A stretch of 25,213 bases of DNA, from IMG/VR virus record IMGVR_UViG_3300012682_000166, positions 1-25,213 of that record. One strand, written 5' to 3'. The notes beneath the pieces were generated by a model, which did no database searches, was not told the DNA's origin, and was given only the letters and a program-made list of their open reading frames with translations. This DNA comes from a virus (Duplodnaviria; Caudoviricetes). Positions 9,132 through 15,884 of this stretch are shown here, piece after piece. Made by a program: the position numbers and the translations under genes. Each line of letters begins with the position of its first letter. The first letter of the stretch is position 1.

Positions 9132-9389
9132 GTGGCACGCAGTATAACCCTCAACAGCTACAGTACCGCAACCGGCCTCGTCACCTTCACGGTAGCCGGT
9201 TCAACGATTACTGCAATAAACCAGACATACAAACTAGCCCTACCAGTAGACAGCAAAGAAGCTTGCCTCAGCGCCATACGAGCGTACCTGCAAGCTTACG
9301 TCGCTGGCTTCCAAGCGAATGTTCGACTGGACGCTGGCACTGACGTCACGGCTGCTATGGGCGTTCCTCAAGCCGATACGGGGGCTTAG
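9132..9389 (+). CDS. Hypothetical structural protein (85 aa)
   Basis: GTG start with GGAG upstream, tightly packed in the operon. Confidence 0.65.
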   Translation: MARSITLNSYSTATGLVTFTVAGSTITAINQTYKLALPVDSKEACLSAIRAYLQAYVAGFQANVRLDAGTDVTAAMGVPQADTGA

Positions 9390-9392
9390 GTT

Positions 9393-11969
9393 ATGCCACG
9401 ACAGGTTGTACAGGACATGAAGGCGAGTCTGGCGTTAAATGGTACAGCTGATTACCTGACACTACCGATAACGCCGTCAACGACTGCTTTTTCTATTGGA
9501 TTTTATATTCGTCGGGATTCATTCACGACAGGTGCTCGGATTGTAGATTGGCAAGATGGTGGTCCGGCAAATGGATTTAGAATTGAATTACAAGGAACGT
9601 CTAATAATTCAGTCTACCAAGTGCAGATATCAACAACAGGTACGTTGGTACCACCAGCTACACCTACGGGCAAATGGGATCACCTCGTCCTAGTCTACCA
9701 AGTTAATGATGCCCGTCTGTATCTCAACGGGGTGCTAGTCGCCAGTGATAATACAGTAACAATGACAGCAGCTACCCAAACGTTGACTATTTGTCGGCGT
9801 TCCAATGCCTCTGGTAACTTCTACAAAGGAGGTATTTCACAATTGGTTGTTTATAATGGTACAGCTTTGACAACCGCCGACGTAGTAAACCTTTACAGTA
9901 ATGGAGTCATACCGTCTGGTGCTACCGGTATTTACAAACTTCAAGAAGGAGCCGGTACAACCGCCCTGGACAGTTCAGGCAATGCAAACAACGGCACCAT
10001 AACCGGAGCCACCTTCTCCGCAGACACCCCCTCAACTGCCCGCAAACAAGTCGGCGGCAACCTCGTCCGTAATGGGGATATGGAGTACTCACCACCTTTT
10101 ACGGCAGCAACTACGGCGAATTCTCGTTGGATAGATGGTACAGCCGCCGGTGGAGTTTTTTCAAGTAATATCATTGCACTACATGGGTGGGGTCTTATAT
10201 CTGGTGCTAGTGCTCAGTTTGACAGTGGTGCTATGAAGCTAAGTATCGCATCCGGAGGAGTTGGAGAAGTATCAAATGTTGCTGCCAATATCGCCTCTCA
10301 AATACTGGCTCTTAATATGCAGCTTATGCCTAGCACAAGCTATACAGTACGTTGGCGTATGAAAACTAATTTTACTGGCGATTCCAATGATGGTGCAAGG
10401 TTGATTCTTACTGAGAATACTATAACTGGCAGTACCGCAGTTACGAACAGTGGTACTGCAGCTAAGGGAATAACCGATTGGACTTCGTACAGCATGACAG
10501 TTACGACAGGGGCGACAACTAGGTTTGGTCGAATTAGACTAGAATGTAGAGGAAATACAGGAGCACTTACTCTTGCTGGGGACGCCTGGTTCGACGACAT
10601 AACCCTCACAGAAACCGTCCCAGTCGGCAGGGGAGCGGTGCAGGACTTTCGGGCGAGTCTGTTGTTGGCAGGTGTCCAAAACGTTGCGACGACAGCCCAT
10701 AGTACAGACTTTGATTTAACAGGTGATTTCAGTATGGCAGCCTGGATAAAAAAGCCAGCTACACCAAACTCAGCACGTGGAGTATTTGCGAAAAGTACAG
10801 GTGCAACTGGCAATTACCGCTGGTCTGTTATACCGAATGGTATTCAATTTACGATATACGGAATAACTGACATTAACTTTACAAGTTCAATCGTACCGAA
10901 TGACCAATGGGCTTTTATTTGTATTACACAAGCTGCTGGAACGTATAAGACATATCTCAACGGTACACTACAGGAAACCAAAACTGGATCTCAACCAACA
11001 GGAGTAGATGTACAAACAATATACGTCGGGCAAGGTCGAACGAATGAATTATGGGTCGGTAATCTTAGTAATGTCAGAGTCTGGAAAGGTACTGCTTTAA
11101 GTCCTACCGACATAGCAAGTATGTATACGACTGGCATTATTCCATCTGTTGCAACTCTTAAAGGTGAATGGAAACTAAATGAAGGAGCTGGCCTAACCGG
11201 CAACGATACGTCTGGTAATGCTCGACACTTAACACTTCTTTCAACCGGAGCAACCTATTCAGCAGACGTACCTTCTAAGAAACGTGGATTGATAAATGGA
11301 GACCAACCGTTAAATATCTTCCCGAATCCTGTTGTCTGGTTAAAAGCTGATAGCCTAGCGTTAGCTGACCTCGCACCAGTTGCTACTTGGACGGATAGTA
11401 GTGGAGCTGGTAATAATGCAACAGCAACCGGTACAGCCCAGCCGACGTATAGAACCAATATATTAAACGGTAAGCCGGTACTTCGGTTCAACGGTACGGC
11501 TAATGTGATGAATCTCCCGAATAACTTCACAACCCAGAACAGCGTGTTCATCGCCTATGCAAATGCTACAGGAACCGGCTCGATGATTTCACAAACTGGT
11601 AGCGGTAGTGCGTGGCTACAGCGTAATACAAGCATTTGGGCAAATGCCAACGCCACTAACTTTACGATAAACCCTAGTATCAATACCCGTAACTTATATG
11701 TTCAACAATTCGATTACATAAACAATCAGTTCCGAGTCAGAGTTAATGGGACGGACGCTGGTGGCACTAACGCTGTTATCGGTGGTGTTGGCACATTTCC
11801 ATATGCTATCGGTGCGAGAGGTGGTAACAGTGAGTTCTTCAACGGTGATATAGCCGAAGTGATTATATTCGCCCGACTATTAACACAATCTGAGATATTA
11901 GATGTCGAGCGTTATTTAGCTTATAAGTATAATGTGACGGCTGCGTTTGGTGCCAGAGCCATAGCCTAA
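9393..11969 (+). CDS. Multi-domain LamG/ConA-like lectin fibre (three LamG-like domains plus a CBM-like domain)
   Basis: W.H.V.VY...RLYLNG, F.G.I....YN..LT, and EGAG....D.SGN occur twice. NLVRNGDME...WFDDITL marks a CBM-like domain. VWLKAD..WTD.SG..QPTY..NGKPVLRFNG..GDIAEVIIF marks the third LamG. Confidence 0.85.
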   Translation: MPRQVVQDMKASLALNGTADYLTLPITPSTTAFSIGFYIRRDSFTTGARIVDWQDGGPANGFRIELQGTSNNSVYQVQISTTGTLVPPATPTGKWDHLVLVYQVNDARLYLNGVLVASDNTVTMTAATQTLTICRRSNASGNFYKGGISQLVVYNGTALTTADVVNLYSNGVIPSGATGIYKLQEGAGTTALDSSGNANNGTITGATFSADTPSTARKQVGGNLVRNGDMEYSPPFTAATTANSRWIDGTAAGGVFSSNIIALHGWGLISGASAQFDSGAMKLSIASGGVGEVSNVAANIASQILALNMQLMPSTSYTVRWRMKTNFTGDSNDGARLILTENTITGSTAVTNSGTAAKGITDWTSYSMTVTTGATTRFGRIRLECRGNTGALTLAGDAWFDDITLTETVPVGRGAVQDFRASLLLAGVQNVATTAHSTDFDLTGDFSMAAWIKKPATPNSARGVFAKSTGATGNYRWSVIPNGIQFTIYGITDINFTSSIVPNDQWAFICITQAAGTYKTYLNGTLQETKTGSQPTGVDVQTIYVGQGRTNELWVGNLSNVRVWKGTALSPTDIASMYTTGIIPSVATLKGEWKLNEGAGLTGNDTSGNARHLTLLSTGATYSADVPSKKRGLINGDQPLNIFPNPVVWLKADSLALADLAPVATWTDSSGAGNNATATGTAQPTYRTNILNGKPVLRFNGTANVMNLPNNFTTQNSVFIAYANATGTGSMISQTGSGSAWLQRNTSIWANANATNFTINPSINTRNLYVQQFDYINNQFRVRVNGTDAGGTNAVIGGVGTFPYAIGARGGNSEFFNGDIAEVIIFARLLTQSEILDVERYLAYKYNVTAAFGARAIA

Positions 11970-11973
11970 GTAC

Positions 11974-12102
11974 ATGAAACTCCGTAACATCCTCCTGATA
12001 ACCGGTGTTCTGCTCGGCACGTACAGCCTGTATTTTTACGCTACCCACGACGGTATGGCGTTGAGTCAGGTTGTAGAAACCCACTTCACCCCATTTCATT
12101 AG
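11974..12102 (+). CDS. Small membrane/secreted peptide (42 aa, MKLRNILLITGVLLGTYSLYFYATHDG...)
   Basis: Hand-translated and below the ORF-track cutoff. Starts 4 nt after the LamG stop, has a basic N-terminus plus hydrophobic stretch, and its stop abuts the convergent HNH stop. Confidence 0.5.
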   Translation: MKLRNILLITGVLLGTYSLYFYATHDGMALSQVVETHFTPFH

Positions 12103-12576
12103 TTAAAATAGGGATAGGACTCCACCCGGATTATCTATTTCTAACTTATATTTAATTTCAGCTTGTTGACGTGCTTTCACTGCATCATCGTAATTTCTAA
12201 ATCGCTTGTTTAAAACAACTATTCGGTCTATGGTTAGCATTGCTTTCCAAGTATTTTTAGTGTTATCCCAATTTACTCCCGGATTTTTAACGTTATCACT
12301 TCTGTTTATTGCTTGCTGGTGAACGGTTGCCCAACGGCAATTACTCGGCTCGTATATACCGTTGTTATCAATACGATCGACACTGTGCTTTGGGCTAGGA
12401 CGTGGTCCCATATCTTCTGCAAAATTTAAATAGCTATATCTCCAACGTTCACACATTGTTATTCCCTTAGCCCCATATCGGGCGTAAGCATGATGACTTT
12501 TAGTAAAACATCGTTGTTTGATTTTTGCCCATAAACGATATTCTTGTGTTTTACTCAATCCATGTACAATATTCAT
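12103..12576 (-). CDS. HNH endonuclease with C-terminal AP2-like DNA-binding domain
   Basis: HG.S.T.EY..W..IKQRC, YGAKGI.MC.RW, MGPRPS..HSVDRIDNNG.YEP.NCRWAT, then GV.W......WKA...RF....DAVKAR..AE. AGGAGA SD. Confidence 0.9.
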   Translation of the reverse strand: MNIVHGLSKTQEYRLWAKIKQRCFTKSHHAYARYGAKGITMCERWRYSYLNFAEDMGPRPSPKHSVDRIDNNGIYEPSNCRWATVHQQAINRSDNVKNPGVNWDNTKNTWKAMLTIDRIVVLNKRFRNYDDAVKARQQAEIKYKLEIDNPGGVLSLF

Positions 12577-12635
12577 ATAGTCTCCTATCTACTTTAAGCG
12601 GTGGTGGGAGACTTTTAAATTGTCTCTTAATTTCT

Positions 12636-12644
12636 ATTATAACA
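12636..12644 (-). promoter_or_regulatory. Extended -10 promoter (TGtTATAAT) for the HNH-AP2 gene
   Basis: Perfect TGn-TATAAT about 60 nt upstream of the start codon. Confidence 0.65.
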
Positions 12645-12667
12645 GAGGTCGTTACAGTTAAACAGTG

Positions 12668-14011
12668 TTAATTTCTTTGTAGCCCTACTTCGACTTTTCC
12701 AGCCTGTCTCGTTCCCCAGCCTGTCTTAAACACTGTCAGATAAGCGTAATACTTAACGAACCGCATAACACAAAGCAACCATATCATGGCAATAGGAGCC
12801 GTCAGAAACGTTATAAACTGAGATACAACCGACTCATCTGACCGCCGTATAATCAGATACCGCAGAGACTGCACGTAAGCGATTATAACGGGTACTAACA
12901 CCAGATACGGTAACAACTGCCGGTTATGAAAGATACCGCTGTAAATCAGGTATACGCTAGCCACGGCAGACAAGGCAAACTGTACCCACCGGAACAGGTG
13001 CAACCAGTAGATGTATGACGTTAAAGGAAAATACTTGAACCGCCACCATGTCCGTATAAAGCTACCTCTCATCCAGCGAATGTAGCGCCGGATGTGGTGA
13101 CTGTACTTATTCGGTACGGCACTAAAGGCAATTGAGTTGGTTTGCTGTACGGTCTTACCATGGTTCAGGGCATATAAGGTCATTAAGGAGTCATCACTAA
13201 ACCGGACTTCCCTACCGAAAAACGTTTCACTCATATAGCCTGACATATAGGTACGGATAGTATCACCTCTATAGAAGGCTAGTATGCCACTATTGACGGT
13301 GACACAGCCCATAGTCGATTGTGCCGAGCGTTCGACTAACTGCCAGATAGTCTCCCAGAGTCCAGTAAACCGGGTGAGCAGGTTCTCTGATACGTTGATA
13401 GGCAGACACAGGCCAGCAACCGACTGTATACGAGGATCGGCAAACGGTAGCAGACCGTTCCGGATAGCATCAGGGTCAAGTACCGTGTCACTGTCCAGTG
13501 TCAGATAGATGTCAGCATCCGGGTTATTGGCTATACCGACAGATTGAGCATGACGTTTGCCGCCGTTGTCTGTCCGTGTCCAACGGATTGATATATCTCG
13601 ACGTTCCAGTAGTGCTACGAGCCACAGCCGGACAGGTTGGTAATTCTTAGTCGAACCGTCATCGACAACCTCTATATGATTCGGTAGTCTACTCTGTATC
13701 AGCAGGGAATTGATACAAGCCTTGAGGAGTGCCTCATCCTCGTTATAGGCAGGGATTAAGACAACGACACGTAACTTGTCCAGTTCACGTTCCTGTACTC
13801 TACTAGCCGTCTTCGGACGTTCCAGCAGTGCCAGTAGATTCGTCCAGGCGATAGTTGCAAATGACAGTATCCAGATAAGCCACAGACTATCCGGCCTTAG
13901 TGAGGGAATAGCTACCGTAGCGATATGCCGCATCAGCCAAGCGGCAATAGCAGCCAGTACCAGAACTAAAACAAAGACGATCCGGCCGTTACTTAACCGG
14001 GCAGATAACAT
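12668..14011 (-). CDS. Processive membrane glycosyltransferase, GT2, hyaluronan synthase/NodC/chitin synthase-like
   Basis: IPAYNE, VDDGS, GKRHAQ, LTLDSDT, ERSAQS, SG...YR, SDD, RYIRW in place of QxxRW, and C-terminal WGTR. Two N-terminal and several C-terminal hydrophobic helices. Confidence 0.9.
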   Translation of the reverse strand: MLSARLSNGRIVFVLVLVLAAIAAWLMRHIATVAIPSLRPDSLWLIWILSFATIAWTNLLALLERPKTASRVQERELDKLRVVVLIPAYNEDEALLKACINSLLIQSRLPNHIEVVDDGSTKNYQPVRLWLVALLERRDISIRWTRTDNGGKRHAQSVGIANNPDADIYLTLDSDTVLDPDAIRNGLLPFADPRIQSVAGLCLPINVSENLLTRFTGLWETIWQLVERSAQSTMGCVTVNSGILAFYRGDTIRTYMSGYMSETFFGREVRFSDDSLMTLYALNHGKTVQQTNSIAFSAVPNKYSHHIRRYIRWMRGSFIRTWWRFKYFPLTSYIYWLHLFRWVQFALSAVASVYLIYSGIFHNRQLLPYLVLVPVIIAYVQSLRYLIIRRSDESVVSQFITFLTAPIAMIWLLCVMRFVKYYAYLTVFKTGWGTRQAGKVEVGLQRN

Positions 14012-14179
14012 CTATTCTCCGATGTTTTTATTCTTACGCCAGACGTAGCGGATAAGTAAGGCAGCACAGACAACGATGACGGCAATAGCCCCGACGGTTA
14101 TCAGTTGTCCAGTCAATGTGCTGGCGAATAGAATACCACCGCCGGTTACTGGTAATACTTTAGGTTGGCCGTAGTCCAA
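14012..14179 (-). CDS. 55-aa peptide consisting almost entirely of an LPXTG sorting signal (MDYGQPKV-LPVTG-...-TM-RKNK)
   Basis: TTG start at 14179 with AAGGGG 7 nt upstream. LPVTG is followed by a hydrophobic helix and a basic tail. The stop abuts the GT2 ATG (TAGATG), and GGAG lies just upstream. Confidence 0.75.
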   Translation of the reverse strand: MDYGQPKVLPVTGGGILFASTLTGQLITVGAIAVIVVCAALLIRYVWRKNKNIGE

Positions 14180-14218
14180 GATAATTCCCCTTATCGTTAA
14201 TTCCCTGTTATGTCCTGC

Positions 14219-14224
14219 ATTATA
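14219..14224 (-). promoter_or_regulatory. -10 box TATAAT for the LPXTG-peptide/GT2 operon
   Basis: Perfect TATAAT about 40 nt upstream of the TTG start. Confidence 0.6.
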
Positions 14225-14274
14225 CACTACTTGGCATAAGCGGTATTTTAGGACTAAGACAATCGTTAGCTGTA

Positions 14275-14283
14275 TGGTACTAT
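14275..14283 (+). promoter_or_regulatory. Extended -10 promoter (TGgTACTAT) for the putative structured RNA
   Basis: TGn-TACTAT with AAGACA 16 nt upstream, divergent from the GT2 operon promoter. Confidence 0.5.
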
Positions 14284-14298
14284 AGTAGTAACTCAGCT

Positions 14299-14377
14299 TG
14301 TTTATGACTAAATTAGCTAGAGGGGTATAAGGGCTATAGAAAAGCCACTATTGCTAGTGGCCGCCTGTTTATGACTA
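14299..14377 (+). repeat. 12-nt direct repeat TGTTTATGACTA (14299-14310 and 14366-14377)
   Basis: Exact match read from the sequence, extendable to 14/15 nt. Confidence 0.9.
14338..14376 (-). ncRNA. Putative ~40-nt antisense RNA
   Basis: Upstream promoter TTGCAT-16-TAAAAT with TG extension. Ends in GCCACUA-GCAA-UAGUGGC-UUUUC terminator. Confidence 0.55.
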
Positions 14378-14504
14378 GTCTTATTTTATCACCAGTCAGT
14401 ACTTATGCAAATACATTTTTCAGTTTGAGAGTTATACGACCTCTCATTTACAACCAAGACGTATAGTGAGCAGACAAAAAACTAGGCTCTGACCGGCCGC
14501 CTGT
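14359..14504 (+). repeat. 10-nt direct repeat GGCCGCCTGT (14359-14368 and 14495-14504)
   Basis: Exact match read from the sequence. Confidence 0.9.
14383..14410 (-). promoter_or_regulatory. Sigma70-type promoter of the antisense RNA
   Basis: TTGCAT (14410-14405), 16-nt spacer, TGa-TAAAAT (14391-14383). Confidence 0.55.
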
Positions 14505-14682
14505 CAACCTAGTCCCCCGCTTGCTCACTAACTGGATGACTGCCTGAGACTCACGGACTCAGTAGTAGCATCACTGGATAATCAAGCTTGCATAGACCAT
14601 TCCTAGGACAACGGGGGAATAGAGGCGGCTCTATGGCTTAGACAACCATAAGAACTACAATGCTTATATTTATTTCCGTATC

Positions 14683-14691
14683 TGCTATACT
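14683..14691 (+). promoter_or_regulatory. Extended -10 promoter (TGcTATACT) for the ejection-protein cluster
   Basis: TGn-TATACT about 40 nt upstream of the ATG at 14733, and AAGGA SD. Confidence 0.55.
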
Positions 14692-14732
14692 TCTGATATA
14701 CATGATTAATTCTAAATCAAGGACTTTGTAAT

Positions 14733-15869
14733 ATGGCAGGAAACAACATTGGAGCAAGAGTCAGTAATTTCATAGGATTCGACCCAACACCGGGATTCAA
14801 CTTATCAAAACAGGCTAATGGTCAAGCTGGCACATACGGAGTTACGGCTACTGGTACGACTAATCTGTTTGGTAGACAGCAAGGACAGAGTTCAAATGAT
14901 TACGTGAACGGCCTGACGCAGCGTGTCAATAATAGTGGACAGGTACCACAGTATCGTAATGATGCAAGTACAACTCAGCAGCAATCGGGTGCTTACACTG
15001 ACGGCGGTGCCGCCCAAAGACAAGCCGACCTACGCCAGCAATACGGTGATCCCTCCCAGTACGACGCTGAAATCGGTCAGTACCAGAACCAGATAGGCGG
15101 ACTCGGTGCCCAGCAACAAGTCGGTGAACAGAACGTCAATGACCAGTATAATAAAGCCGCCCAAGGCTATTATGACAACAAGGCTAGAGACGAAACCAGT
15201 TATAATCGTGATGTCCAACAGAACGTCCGTAGCTACACCAACAACCGTACCAAGACCATGAACTCTGTCCGTAGCAACGCCAACGCCCTGCAACGCTTAC
15301 TTGGCATGAACGGAGCCGGTAACAGCAGTGCAGCCTTAGAGCAAGCACCGTACGCCGCTGGATTACAAGGCAGCCAAGACCTAGCTGGAGCACAAGAGAC
15401 GTATGGTATGAACGGTCAGAGGCTTAGTGACGAATGGACAGATAGACAGAAGAAATACAAAGACGGCTTTGATGACTTAGAGAATCAGAAGTGGCAAGCC
15501 ATGAACGGTGAGAAATCAAAGACCGCCCAAGCTAGAGCCGGACTACTAGACAAGATTGCTAACGCCAGTGTGAAACGTAACCTAGCCAACGGCCAGACAG
15601 GTGCACAAGCCCAAGCCGGACGCAACCAGTATCAGCCGGAGATTGAAAGCCTACTACAGCAGATTACCCAGCTAGGCCGTACCAATGCTAACCCTGTCCT
15701 GCAAGCTCAGGCAGTTGCTCCAAGGGACTTTACTCTCAGTGACTACGCCCAAGGTAGGCGGACGGCTATAGACAGCCCAGAACTAGCCGGTGGAGGGGAG
15801 ATCAACCCGGTGTTCGCAAGTCTATTTAATAATCGACGAGACGAATACAATACACCACGTTTTAACTAG
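14733..15869 (+). CDS. Putative internal virion/DNA-ejection protein (Q/N/G/A-rich, helical)
   Basis: Composition and position ahead of large ejection-type proteins. No catalytic motifs seen. Confidence 0.6.
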   Translation: MAGNNIGARVSNFIGFDPTPGFNLSKQANGQAGTYGVTATGTTNLFGRQQGQSSNDYVNGLTQRVNNSGQVPQYRNDASTTQQQSGAYTDGGAAQRQADLRQQYGDPSQYDAEIGQYQNQIGGLGAQQQVGEQNVNDQYNKAAQGYYDNKARDETSYNRDVQQNVRSYTNNRTKTMNSVRSNANALQRLLGMNGAGNSSAALEQAPYAAGLQGSQDLAGAQETYGMNGQRLSDEWTDRQKKYKDGFDDLENQKWQAMNGEKSKTAQARAGLLDKIANASVKRNLANGQTGAQAQAGRNQYQPEIESLLQQITQLGRTNANPVLQAQAVAPRDFTLSDYAQGRRTAIDSPELAGGGEINPVFASLFNNRRDEYNTPRFN

Positions 15870-15884
15870 AAGGCTATACCTTAA

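Larger units (their letters stand above)
14289..14655 (+). ncRNA. Putative large structured non-coding RNA or leader (family unrecognised)
   Basis: No ORF of 60 aa or more. Consecutive helices at 14292-14322, 14426-14446, 14464-14530, 14535-14572 and 14591-14635, with G-U pairs favouring the + strand, plus long-range complementarities. Confidence 0.55.

Noticed and set aside
9393-11969. Diversity-generating retroelement target
   Set aside because: No reverse transcriptase and no TR/VR pair differing at adenines is visible in the window.
14180-14227. ORF-track start (GTG at 14227) giving a 71-aa peptide
   Set aside because: That GTG TAT AAT coincides with a perfect -10 box. A TTG at 14179 has a well-spaced AAGGGG SD, so the 55-aa form is preferred.
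14299-14504. Mini CRISPR array
   Set aside because: Only two copies each of 10-12-nt repeats at irregular spacing, and no cas genes.
14456-14555. Group I intron-like S (AAGACGTATAGT) and R (CTGAGACTCA) look-alikes
   Set aside because: They are in the wrong order, cannot form P7, and there is no interrupted gene.
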